A DNA stretch of 64,000 nt from Patellaria atrata CBS 101060 (taxonomy: Eukaryota). Below are positions 25,159-37,749 of the stretch, one piece after another. Every line of letters starts with the position of its first letter. The first letter of the stretch is position 1. The position numbers and the translations under genes were made by a program. The notes under the pieces were generated by a model. The model saw only the letters and a list, made by a program, of their open reading frames with translations. It did no database searches and was not told where the DNA came from. The stretch spans positions 620,001 to 684,000 of the forward strand of contig MU006095.1 in NCBI GenBank assembly GCA_010093705.1, written 5' to 3'.

Positions 25159-25610
25159 CTCTAATGAATTTTTCGGGATTGGATTGACGTCCGATGGAGT
25201 AGTTCTAGTAAGACGCAAATGTCTTCATTGAAATACATGTTGATTCCATTCCGCTGCACGTGCCGACGCGCGTTAATTCTAGGTTACATCGTCATACAAG
25301 GAGGCCGGGTTCTTCGGATTCACGCCTTCAAGACAAGAATTAATATTGGCATCTCGGCGACCAGAATGAAATTCTATGATCCGTTCGAAAGAGGAAAAGT
25401 TACGAGCAAGTTCGCTCGTCTTGATTTGCTCGTTGGCGGCGATTTCAGGCAGCGCTTGGCTTCTACTACTCCGTACTAAGCTCGGCGTCCGCGGGATGCG
25501 CGTATGGTCAGAATTACTCGCTGCCCTCCAACCATCCCATTCATCTCATTTTGATTTTAGCATTCTAATGTTTTCACGCGTTCTTGGAATTCCGTTGCTT
25601 AACTATCGTT

Positions 25611-28529
25611 ATGGACATTGATAGGGAAGGCGAAGAAGACGGAACCCGAGAAATCCTGCAAGGACAACGAGCAGTATGAAATCATATCAATGGCACTTTT
25701 GTAGAGTAACAACTAAGATGTAGACAATGATCAGTGTGACAATTGTCGCTCTCGAAAGGTATCTCATATCTTGGCCTTTCATCTCGTTCGATATTCTCTA
25801 CGAATTTCGGCTAAATAATAAAACTACCAGATTCGATGTGACAAAGGCTCACCATGCTCGAGCTGTCGCGCGTCAAAATCGATATGTCGAACAACGCAGC
25901 CACAAGCCAAAGACAGAAAGCAACGAGTCCTCATCTCGTCTCAATAGTAATCAAATCGGATTCACCGTCTTCAACCTTAAGCTAACTGTTCCTGCTCCTG
26001 AAGTGAACAGAAAATCGACCGTATCGAGGAGCGTTTGGGAAGCATTGAAGAGATCCTTCAAAATCTCACGATAAAAGCATCATCTGCGTCCACTTCTTCC
26101 GGTACCATTAGCGACGGTGAACGCCAACCGTCATTGTTTCGACCTGTTTCCACACATGGGTCTCTAGCATATGCTTCAAAACGTGACCGGCGCCATCCAG
26201 ACATTTCCACTTTCGAGGGTGGATCATCTCTTAGCGCTCATTCAACCTATGCGAATGAATTCTTAGAAAGAGCAGTGGGTATTGGTGCAAAAGATATGTC
26301 TGAGACCAATTCTGAGATGTCTGCCGCTCTGAAATCGTTGCGACATATTGTCGAAAGGCAAAACATGCAACATGTAGTCACCGAGGCTAGGTTTCCGCAC
26401 CACATTGACCCTCCTTTACCCAGTCCCATGGAGATGCCTCCTGCAGACCTCGTTTTAGCCGTTCTTCGTCGAACTAAGGGTAAGGGTATTCCGTCTACGT
26501 CGTAATGCACTAGTTGATGACCACAGATCGATACCATGCTTCCTGCCTCAGTATGTTTACCTTGCTTAGTGTCGAGAATATTGCAGATATGTGCAAATCT
26601 CTCTACTTTAACTTAGACGAGTGCTCGCTAGCAATGCGGATCCTCGTCAACGGAGCTCTTTATTACATATTCATGGAGTCGATGACTTGGGACGCGGATG
26701 ACCCTAGGGCATCCGAATTTGAGCGTTATGGTGATATGTGCGGTAAAAACTTTGAAATTTGTCTTGGGTATCTCACGATGTTTCCCGCCGCGACAGATGA
26801 AAATATCCAGGCACTCCTTTTAGGTGTATGTGTTCCTCGATAATCTTTAAATGCTTCGTACTGATCTGCATAGGCTTCTTACGCTGTGGAGATATCCAAG
26901 CCATCACTGTGTTGGAACCTCATTTCAATTGCGGCAGGCTTATGTCAAACCTTAGGATATCATCGCGCCACTACCATGAAAAATAATACACCAGAAGAAA
27001 AGTTTAACAAAATTATCACCTTTTTTTGGATCTATATACTTGATAGAAGTTTGTCTATAAGACTGGGTCGAGCGCCTATCATTCAAGACTACGATGTATC
27101 ACTACCGATGCCCTCCACTATAGGTCAGATACATTCAATTTCGTGGACTCAAACACTCTGCTGTTGGATCAAGATAGCATCCGTCGAAGGCAGAATATAC
27201 CAGCAACTTTACAGTCCCGTAGCATTGCAAGAGTCAACAGACCGACGTGTCCACAAAGCAAAAGCCTTAGCCGAAGAACTTGAGCGAATACGAGAAGAGT
27301 ATATTCAGGTAAGTCATCTCCATTAATTGAGTCAACCCATCACCATAGCATTCCTAGGCGTCTGTACCCTCGCGGGACAACTACTGGCAGGTTGTTGGTG
27401 CTGCAGCCTCAGCCGCCGCCCCTAGCTGTTCCGTCCGTTAGGGCTCTTCCGTAAGTTCTCCAGTTTCTTGAATATAGGAGTGAGAGATAACGGTAAGAGT
27501 GAGCGTACAGTCGGCCAGAGATACCACCCCAGGGAAGGGAATACACCCGAATACATCCCAACTTCTTCTCAAAAGAGATTATTAACCCTAACTATATTAG
27601 GCCTCTGTCGAGAGCCACTTTCAGTCACTCTATAAGGATGTTCTCATCAGCGTAGACAAAGTTATTCATTATAGCAACTTAACCCTCATCTACCGCGCCA
27701 TCCCACCTTCTAAAACCGATTCGTCGAAAACAACTTTCAGTGATCTCTGCATCTCCGCTGCCCGCTCCGCCCTCGAATCTCATAATGCGTGCGCAGAAAA
27801 GTATCAAAACACTGTCGACTTGTGGCTTGGATATCTGGCATGGTACATTCCCCGTTGAACAAATTTCCCCGTATTATCTACATCTTCCTATATTCCCACA
27901 AGTAGCTCGTTTTCAACTCTAATTTTATCCCTCTATTTATAATTAACTCACTTTTCTCACTTGCTTATCAATATCTCTCGCATCTCTCGGCCGTATTCCT
28001 ACTGACCCCTTCTCTTAGGGCAATCCTCCATGCGCCCTTCACACCATACATAATAATCTTTTGCCACGTCATCTCCACACGTTCCGTCGCTGATCTCGCA
28101 CGACTAACCTCCTTCGTCATCTCCCTCGTACCCGCCATCCGCATCTCTGAAGCCGCGGAGAAGCTGCACAAGTTATGCAGCGTCTTTCTCCAGGTTGCGA
28201 AATTGCATGTCGAGGGGAGTGCTCCACTTCGAAATCAGGATGAAATTCTAATGGCACAGCTACACCAACAAGTAGAAGGTACTGGATTTTCGACAGTGCA
28301 ACCGGGACAGTTCGACCAGTTTAACCCCTATCTTGATGCGCTGGGCCTCGCGCCCGCGAGGTCTACTGTTAATGGGTTGGCGCAGACGACTGCAGAGCCG
28401 TTGACTACCCAACAGCAGGAGGACTGGGACACCGAAATGTTATCGAGTAGTCTTGGGGACTGGTTCTCGGGAAATCAGTATATTATTGGCCTACTAGAGG
28501 ATGATCTCAGTTACCTCCAGCCCTTATAA
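25611..28529 (+). CDS. Zn(II)2Cys6 transcription factor with fungal-specific TF middle domain, multi-exon
   Basis: The spliced N-terminus gives C-DN-C-RSRKIR-C-DKGSP-C-SS-C-RASKSI-C. Later exons contain 'CQTLGYHR' and 'FFWIYILDRSLSIRLGRAP'. Confidence 0.9.
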
Positions 28530-28639
28530 TCTCTTAAAAGTTAGTAAGATGTTTCTTAAGCTTAGATAGTAGCTGCTAGCCGCGAGCGCAGAGAAGTCCA
28601 TTTTTTAAGGTAATCATTTATTAGCTATTAGTTATCATT

Positions 28640-28820
28640 TGTCGTGTTGTTTGTCGTGCGGTCTGTCGTGCGTTTTGTCGTCTCGTTTGTCGTCTACCGT
28701 TTGTTGTGTCGTTTGCCGTGTCGTTTCTCGTGCCGTTTGTCGTGTCATTTATCTTTATCGTTTATCCTTATCGTTTGTCGTTGTTGTTTGTTATTATCGT
28801 TTGTTAGTATCGTTTGCTGT
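28640..28820 (+). repeat. Degenerate TTGTCG/TCGTT low-complexity repeat followed by AT-rich, stop-rich tract
   Basis: Many imperfect T/G/C short repeats. The downstream 28820-29200 is TpA-rich, as expected of RIP-like decayed repeat DNA. Confidence 0.6.
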
Positions 28821-29404
28821 ATACTTACTATAAGCCTAACCATATACTCTAAACCTAATACTATAACAGATAATGCTAATCTATTACGTCGGAGGCTATC
28901 TCGAATGTTAAACCTTCTAGTACTATATACTCGAAATATAGAATAAAGGGAAGCGCAAAGTTTAGGATAGTAATATACCCCCCTTTCTAAGACCTGATAC
29001 TTTATCTAAGTTCTAAGAATTGGACGCCCCTCATATTATCCCACAAGAATACCCTTTCCGCAAAGCGATCAGGGGATTCGGGATCATGATGGTCTTTGGT
29101 GGCATGATACCCAAGAATAAGGGGGTTTAAAGGTTATTACGGAGAAATAGTTCTCTTAAAACTTATATATTATAAAAATAATGCTCATACTCTATAATTG
29201 CTATTATGAGTATCAGAACCATCTTTTTATATATCGTAATAATGCCTATACTTTTAAGACTATGACATCCCCTGAAAGTAACATCAACTTTTATGGCGCC
29301 TTCGTCCTCAGCACGACAACAACCCCCAAACAATTCACTACGCCCTGGCAATGCTTCAACCAACATCTAAGCATCGTCAACATCGTTATCATGCTTAAGG
29401 TCAT

Positions 29405-32400
29405 CTAATACCTGCGCTCATAACCGTCGTCACCGTAGCCCCTAGGTTCGCCATAGCCTCTCCACTCACCATACTCATCCCTTCCTCCATGCTCCCGCCT
29501 CTCACCATACTCATCCCTTCCTCCATGCTCCCGCCTCTCACCATAGCTCCCTCCAGAGCCGTATTCATTGTGCTGACCATAGCCTCCGCCAGACCCATAC
29601 TCTTCACGCCGGCCGTAACCGCTGGATCCATATTCCTGGAGTCCGCCATACTCCTCACGAGAGCCATATCCTCCACTAGAACCATACTCCTGTTGATGCG
29701 AGCCATATCCGCCCCCAGAACTATATTCCTGGCGGCCGGTATATCCATCGCCGGAACCATACTCTTGCTGCTCCGAATGATACTCGCGTTCTCCACCACC
29801 ATAACCTGGGCGTTCACCGTAGCCGGTGCGCTCACCCTCTCCTAAGCTACCTCCGTACTTTTCACGTTTCTTGCGTTCTTTCTCAGCCTTCTTGCGTGCC
29901 TTTTTCTCGTAATCATCATCAGAGTCATCATCGTCATCTTCATCGTCATCGTCATCGCGACGGCCGTATTTCTTCTTCTGCTCTTTTTCGCGCTTCTTGC
30001 GCTCTTTTTCAGCCTTCTTACGTTGCTTTTTCTCGTAATCTTCATCAGAGTCATCTTCTTTGCCGTACTTGCTGCCGTAGTGCCTAGTTCGATTAGAATA
30101 TTGTCCTAATAGCTATGATAACAGCACTTACCTGGATTCGGAAGAGTAGTACTCGCCGCTACGAGTGAAACCTTCAGTCTTCTCCTCAGACTGCCATTGA
30201 CCACCAGGGCGTTCGTATCTTGTCTCCTCACGACGCTCATATCCTCCTCCATATGAGCTTTCATGAACTTCAGTCTTATACCCGTAGCCTGTAGTGCTTG
30301 ATCTGCCATCCTGCTCATATCGAGAGTACTCCTCACTCCTTGCACCACCAGGGTATTCAGTGGTCTTGTACTCTGCCTGACCGTACCGGTCATCACGTTC
30401 ACGCGAAGCCTTTCGGTGTCCAGTTTCCTGATAACTGGAGGAATAGGAGCCGTCTTTGTTATACCCTTCTTTTTTAGACTTTTTCTTCTCACTCTTGTCA
30501 TCTTGAAATGCCCCACCGAGAAGACTGGCCCCAACACCACCAACTAGGCCACCGACAAGACCACCGAGAGCTCCACCACCAACCGCTTCGCTAGCTGCCT
30601 TACTTACTTCGTGTACAGCCTGCTTTTCTGCTTTACTGCCACCAAGATTTCCGAGAACATTGCCACCAATAGCACCAGAGCTCAATGCGGTATTCATATT
30701 AGGCATACCAAGGGGCTTACCACATCCATGGCCTTTGTCGTGGACACCTTCTTTATGATTGCGGCCTTGCTCAACACCATTACGGCTTAACTTATCCCGA
30801 AGATCGTCTTTGGCTCGTTCGCTCTTATCATGCCACCAGTCTTCGACAATACGAAACATAAGCTGGCGGCCATCGCTAGCACCGTCATCGCCGTAGTTAC
30901 GTAGTGCTGGGTGATGGAAAACGCCGTTAATGATGCGACTTAGGGTGCGGTCAATATCAACACGATCGTTATCCCAGCATTCAACGATCTGCGGTACAAC
31001 CCATTTGAGAACTTGAGACGCGATCTTTCCGGCTGGCTCATTCAAGACATTACTGAAGTGATCTTTAGAAAGCATAGAATGTGTGGGATCAGAGCAACTA
31101 TCATCATGGAAGACAATATGCTGCTTTTCACGGCTGCTCTGTATGATTTCTGAGGACCCCGTGGCTAGTTCGTTTTTCACCTGCCGGATGATTGGAAGAA
31201 CATAGGGTGCAAGAAGCGAAAATACAAAGATGTTGACCTGTTCTTGTAACTGCTCGAGCAACTCCGGCAGGACGGGAATTTGCTCGATAGCTTCTGTGAT
31301 AGAGTGCATAATTTCATCGTGAAATTCTAAGATAGGGTAGATCTGCTTCGTAATCTCTTGCATTTGACGGGTGAATTCTTCGGGTTCACGGGGCGTAATA
31401 TGCATGTTCTGCATCTGGTGTGCCTGAGCGTTTTGCTGAAGCTCGTCGGCCTTTCCAGCTTCATCTTTCCCACCAAAGAGGCCCTCGGGAAGTTTATCGA
31501 GAAGATCCTTAAGTGCGCTATTGTTTGGAGCGTTCTCTGAGGCTGCTATAGTGCCTTCGAGTTCTTGGACCTCGGATTGCGTAGCTTTATCGGAGATTTC
31601 TCCCATGACAGAGTGTAGGAAGTCAACACCACCGAAGGTACCGGTGACAAGAGGCCAAATTGGACCGCGAGCGCCTCGAACTTCAACCTGCGTACGACGG
31701 CCTACGTGGGGAAAGACATCTCTTTCACCGAGTTCAATCAATGCTAGCTCAGTATAATTGGAGTGAGCGGAATAATCTAATCCGTCAGTCTTATTCCGGA
31801 TGTTTAAAGATTTAGACCTTACCTTCCAAACAATGGCAACCAGTACCAAGAAGTCTCAATGCTTCATAAAGATCTGCCTTGTTCTTCGACCTATTGTAAC
31901 GGCGACCAAGCTGGATAGACCGAGTGAACAGGTTGCGGACAAGACCAGCAGAAGTGGTAATTCCATAATCCTCTGAAGCGATGTATGTTTTAAGGCCGGT
32001 CCGCTCGTCGATGCTGAGTTCGCGGTGTTCGTCAATAGGGCCTCGCAAGCGTCGATCATACTGACGGGCATCGATGTTGTCGGCATAGTCTTTAGGGTTA
32101 TCGATATGTTCTTCTGGTCTATAGGAAGTTCGTATTATCAGCCATAGTTCTCCACATAAAGAGTGTTTCATACCTATAGCAGCCGAGTCTTTCGTGAGTG
32201 ACTTCGAACTCGCCAGTACCGTACCCAAAGCTCATAAAGCTCAGCACCCATAACAGAATACGAATAGCTTCGGCGCTGACCATCTTGAGTGTTCCCACCT
32301 AAGAGCAGTATTAGCATTGGAACCGACATTCAAAGGTATTGGTTGGATTTTACATCAACAGCTTGAGAATAGTCACGGAGCCAGTTACCAAAGTAAACAC

Positions 32401-32617
32401 GCTTGACATCCATCTTATTGAATTTCTTATTTGTAGTTCTCGAGATGAGCAAAGTGAGTAAGGTATCCTCGATATCGCCATGACGCCAATTTGAGCCTTC
32501 AATCTTAGCTGTCGAGGCAATATTTCCGGCACCAAAGGCATGGGTAGGCTTAGCCCAGAGGATGAAGAGGAGCAAGCATGGTAGAAGAAGGGATGGGGAG
32601 GGCCTCAGATCAGGCAT
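29405..32617 (-). CDS. het-c: HET-C family protein (Neurospora het-c / Aspergillus TinC homologue), multi-exon
   Basis: Signal peptide then 'AFGAGNIAS', 'WRHGDIED', 'KRVYFGNWLRDYSQAVDV', 'YRPEEHIDNPKDY', 'AHSNYTEL', 'PLVTGTFGG.DF', 'DPTHSMLSKDHFSN'. Gly/Tyr-rich last exon ends ...GYERRY* at 29405. Confidence 0.93.
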
Positions 32618-33346
32618 TCTCCTTAGCAGTTTGAAGGTAAAGCGTATTGAGTCTAAGACTAGGTAGTCAACAAAAGTTTTATGGACGTGGTTGAGAGTGA
32701 ATTAGAAATGCCTTGAAGGGTACAGGTTTGAGTAGTTATAGCAAGGTGTAGCAGTAGAGGGGTGATTTGGGATTTAGTGGGGGTGTCTCAGGTTCAGCTG
32801 CTGTCGTCACGGAGATCCCACAACTGGTCAAAGCTTCTGCAGTTAAAGCAGGATTTGCCTGTGATAATCCAAGAAATACCAAGCCGAGTTTTAAACCAAC
32901 CTCACTTCATCCTCTGATGTATGTTTGTTCAGCAAGTTCTCTGTACAGCTTAAGATACAGTTGAACAGCTTTTTACAAGTCAATGTCCCCTCCAATAGAA
33001 CCTCACATATATGTTAGAGTCATAATCAGAACTATAGGACTTAGTACACAAGCACAATTTCATGCAATTGGGTCCTATTGCGATAAGGGTATGAGATAAG
33101 GTCCCTTGATGATGAGTATGTCGCACCGAGCAGTTATGGAGAAAAGCCATTTCCAATATCCGTGAAAGAGCAAAGTTGTGACTCCACGAAGTAAAACTTC
33201 TCTGAGCTAGCCCTCTTCAAGAAATATGAAGATGATTCCAATCCTTGAAATGTTCCGGGATCAGATCCACTAATGAATGCAGGAGACCTTGAATAGTAGG
33301 TCCCCCAATGTTGCACCACCTAGGGAATAGTAGACCGATCATATCT

Positions 33347-33834
33347 TCAGATCCAGCAGCGCACACTACTGAGTCTATCCGCGAAGCCGTAGTTCCTCAG
33401 CCAATTTTGCTTACGCGGGCTGCCATCGCTACCGGCAGTATGTGTGCTACCTTTGCAGTTACCATCGCTAGACAATCAATATTTCAGCCAAGTTGTCGCC
33501 GAGTCTAAGATGGGAAATAATAAAAAAAAATCCAATGTACGTACGCATACAAGACGCAGTGACTCTTATCTCCCTGGACCTCGAAGGCCTCCGCCTTGTC
33601 ATTCATACCACGGTTCAGATTGACGCACTCAGAGTCATTGTAGTTATAGCTTTCACAGTCGCCGTGGAATCCTTTGGCCGTGCAGATACGCCACTCACGA
33701 CGGGCCATCGCTCTTCCTGAGTCTGTGACGATCTCAGTGAGAGCAGAGGACTCATCGGGAAGAGGGGTCGCAGTTATGACGCAAGAGAAAGTGAAGAGGG
33801 TAGCAATGAGAATTGTGAAAGGGAGGAAACGCAT
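33347..33834 (-). CDS. Small secreted cysteine-containing protein, beta/gamma-crystallin-like (136 aa), 2 exons
   Basis: Signal peptide, pro-region ending RR, 'ICTAKGFHGDC', 'CVNL..GMNDKAEAFEV', 'CVLYA/DGNCKG', 'FADRLSSVRC'. Intron 33544-33468. Confidence 0.8.
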
Positions 33835-34006
33835 GATCTTTGATGAAGTTGTGCTGAACTGTGGAGTCAGTGAAGTGAGTTCTTGGTATATGAATTATGA
33901 TGAAGTTGCTTGGTAGATGTTGCAAAATTTTCAAGAACAGGAGAATGAAAGAGCTTTTATACTAAGGCATTCGAAGGGTATAAAGGCCGCATGACTCACT
34001 CAGAAG

Positions 34007-34280
34007 GTATGGATATGGCAGTCATACGGCTTCCAAGACTGTTCGTTCGCAATCATAAGATCTTTTACACGTCATGGCGTCATAAGGAAGACGGTATGGT
34101 ATGGCAGTCATACGTTATTTCAGATTGCTCGTTTGAAATCATAAGGTCTTTTACACGTCATGGCGTTATAAAGAAGAGTTGTTCCTGATAGCAGGCGAGC
34201 TTGAGAAGGTATGATGCGGCAGTGTAGTCATACATTATTCTAGATTGTTCGTTTGCAATCGTAAGATCTTTTACACACGA
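34007..34280 (+). repeat. Three imperfect ~75-85 bp direct repeats
   Basis: GGTATG...GGCAGT..CATAC...TCGTT.G.AATC.TAAG.TCTTTTACAC recurs at ~34007, ~34093 and ~34208. Confidence 0.8.
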
Positions 34281-35202
34281 TGTTTATTCCGGAGCTATTT
34301 TGTTAAATCGAGCATTCCGTATAGGCCATTACTAGTAATTTACATGAATCTACTTATGATAGTATTTCACATCCGACGATTGCCTATCAAGCCGATATTT
34401 GCATTTATGAACCCCTTAACCCGACAAAGGGAAACCGGTAGCATCGCCATGTTGACCCGACACATTATCAGTGCATCATTAGGACACAGTAAGATTCGCT
34501 GGCTCGAGCAACCGTATTCAGCTCGTTCCTCATCAGAGCGGTTGCGTGTAAGACGCAACAATTCGCATCTCAGTTTCCTGTTAAGATGTTCCTGATACAA
34601 AATGTATCCTAGTATAACGATACTAAAAGATATGAAGAAATTATGTAATGAATCAACAAGATAATTGAACAATTAATTCTTCGAATACATTTAGAACAAA
34701 TTTAACTTCCAGAAATAGGCAACAAAGATTTACTCGAAATAAGTAATTAGGACTCTTATGACGTCTGGATGCTTGGACTGGCTGTGGTATTCAGTCTGAC
34801 AGGGAAGATCTATTAACCGAATTTTTCTAACCTTTGATAGCGTAAAGTCTAGCCTTCCTTAGAAAGTTAAGGTTACTGTTTAATAGTAATAATCCATATC
34901 TAATTATTCTCTAGTTAAGTCCCTAGTTGTTCGGAAATCCATTCAAGAAACTGAGAAGTAGCTACCGTTAAAGAAGATTTAAGGAGTAAGATGATATTTT
35001 TGATGGAAGGTCACCTACCTGTGGGTTTAGGATAACAGATAGTTAGAGGAATAGTTGAAAACTTTGCATAAAGTTAATTGTCTGAGACTTATATGTAGAG
35101 TTTAGATTATACATGTATATGACTGGGTTATTCGTTATATGCCACTTGCCCCTGGTTTTATAAACCTTCTCAACGTTTCACTAAGCAGAATCACTAGAGG
35201 CC

Positions 35203-36293
35203 CTAATTTCTGATGCAGCCGCTCTTATTAGTCAACTCCGATGGGCAAGTAACCGGCTCCCAGTTTACGTTAGGATTGTCGGCCCCCTGAAACCAATCAA
35301 ACCGCCAATAGCAACCAGGTTTCAACTTCTCCGGGAATGAATCACATTGCGATCTAGATGATATCCCACCGTACTGCGCTCCCCATCCATTTGGTGGTGC
35401 CCCCCATTGATTCGTGCAGGCGTTAAATTGACCGACGCCGCCGCCGGGCATAGCGATGTCGAAGTGATTGTTACCAAGGTCTCCACCTGTGTTCGTAGCT
35501 TGGACAATCATGGTTTTGCCGGACACCGGACCGGATGTAAAGGTGAGTCTGTATCGAGGTCAATTTCTGGCTGATATGATGTTGTATAAAACCCTAAGAT
35601 CGAGGGCGGGTGAAGTGCATCCTTTCTCTCTTCAACCGGTTTACTGTACACTTGCTCTCATATTACCTCTGAAGAGAATGTACTACCTCTCAGTACTCCT
35701 CAATTCCCCATAGTCGAGGTTATAAAATGCGGCAGAATAAGTGTACAATTACCCACAGGCCGAACTCGATGGTATATCACGGCCTGTACAGCAAGTATAC
35801 AGTAACCGACAAGCCAGAATCTCTAGTAAGGCGGAGATTATACGAAAAGGGAACAACAAGGTAGGGCGGCCACTTTGTGAATGAATATGGGGCGTAAAAT
35901 TGAGGAAGACTTACTTATAGCAAGCACAACACCAACTGCTCTCAGTCTGTCCTTGGAGCCTAACAGCAGCAAATCCATAGGCGAGGTCATCACTGACGGC
36001 CCATGGGCTTTGGTTTGTGCACATATATGCCTCGCCTCCCCCGTTGTCACAGGCATTGCGAGCTGCCATGTTGGCAAGTGGATTGTCATTCTTGTCACAG
36101 GACTGGATCGGACGGTTGACGGGAGCCTTTCCTGACCACCCACAAGATCCTTTACAGCAATCCCAGTAGCATGAAGGTGGTCAGCGCGCCCTGAGGTTCG
36201 TTACTGGTAGGAAACTTACCGTGTCGTACGGCCTGACTGCTGGGCAATGGCGCTGCTACCAAGAGCAAGGAAGATGGCTGATTTGAGGAGCAT
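35203..36293 (-). CDS. GH45 endoglucanase (no CBM), 3 exons; first intron lacks canonical acceptor
   Basis: Signal peptide [17 protein letters not shown], 'TTR/YWDCCK.SC.W', 'WCCACY', '[24 protein letters not shown]', 'GCYWRFDWF'. Confidence 0.9.
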
Positions 36294-37252
36294 GGTAAAC
36301 GTAGTGTTTTATTCTTTGTAGAAAGTGAGAAAAAGTACAATGCGAGAGATTAGCTTGCTCTCTTTTTTAGGTGTTGTCCGAGAACCAGCTGTTCCTGTTT
36401 GACTTTTTCAACGGTCTGGGTTATGGAGCAATGATAGCCTTATATTTACATCCCCACCGCCATTTTTCTCAGTAACTTTGACGAAGGAGCACTAGTAGCA
36501 CAAGGTCTAACCCTCACTTCCTCCACGTTCATTTCCACACTGACTAGAAACTGGGAAGACTCGGAGATCGGAAATGCAGTCGACCCTGATGGCTCCATTT
36601 TCATTAACTGGCGGTTCAAGTAAAGCTTGATTTTTCAGAACGAGGTGGTGGTACCGCTTCATTTTTCATTTGGAAATTCGGCTCTCTCTCGAATAGATAG
36701 AAAGCGGGGATGGTTGTTTCAAAGTTTGGTGTTATCCATGAAGCAATCTGGGAAATCCTTGTTCGATCGTCATGGTTACGCCTGTCCGTTTAATCCATAA
36801 GAGCAGGTTGTTATTTATTTATGATAAAATCCTTTGCGGGGAAACTCTTTCGCAAGACAAACCATTTTACATTTGATATGTCGTTCAGGGGTAGATGAGC
36901 ATATTGCTAGTAGGTACTTCTGGTCGGCCCGCACAGGCCCGTTCCGGCGCCTCAACCTTAAATGTCGGGTCAAAGTCACGAGAGCGAAGCCTACGTTTAC
37001 GTCATAATGTGTTCAGTGTGCGGTAGCCAAAATACAGTACCTAAGTTGTTAATCCGATGTCAAACCTAAGGTAAGCCTGAATCTTCCCCCATCTGCAGAA
37101 TCCTCATCAGTTAATATCTCTTCAACTTCCTGTTATCTCTCCCCAGTGCAATTGCCGAACCACCAAGCCCACTCTGTCTTAGCATTTTCTTGAACCAAAC
37201 TAGCACCATTCTTCTTGTTCTTCTCAACATAAGAGCACCGCAAATTTGAATC

Positions 37253-37483
37253 ATGGGAGGCGCAAACAAACCGACTGGAGGCGACAGCGAGCATAAACCA
37301 AAACCTACAGAATCTCGTGATGATGATGCTCTTGTCCGCGCAGCATGGGATGAAGTCCATGGCGACAAAGCCCCAGCCGAAGAGGGAAATGAGCCGTCTG
37401 ATATTCAGAAGACAACAAAAGGGACAGAGATCGCAAACGAGATACGGAAGGACGAAGAAACATCTTCAAGCAATAAGCTTTAG
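37253..37483 (+). CDS. Small hydrophilic hypothetical protein (76 aa)
   Basis: ATG ORF with coding-like charged composition and a pyrimidine-rich leader; no family recognised. Confidence 0.5.
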   Translation: MGGANKPTGGDSEHKPKPTESRDDDALVRAAWDEVHGDKAPAEEGNEPSDIQKTTKGTEIANEIRKDEETSSSNKL

Positions 37484-37749
37484 TACATTTGCTCTTATTT
37501 TCGGCTACGAAGACTCGGCCCGAGGTACTAGAAACGAGCCCTAGAACTAATTCTACCACAGACAAACCTGTGAAGCTATCCTCAAGCTTTTAGGACAACG
37601 GGTTTAAGATCCTATATGTAAAATGGACAACTATTCAACAGTATTGTATGATATAGATATTTTCCCCAAAACATCCACAGAATAATTCAAAGTTCCACCA
37701 GATAAGTCTTCTACTCAGAGCGTACAAACAAAAAGAGCACACATATACT

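Noticed and set aside
29401..29845. ORFs 29401-29835 (-) and 29489-29845 (+)
   Set aside because: Alternative-frame shadows of the repetitive het-c last exon.
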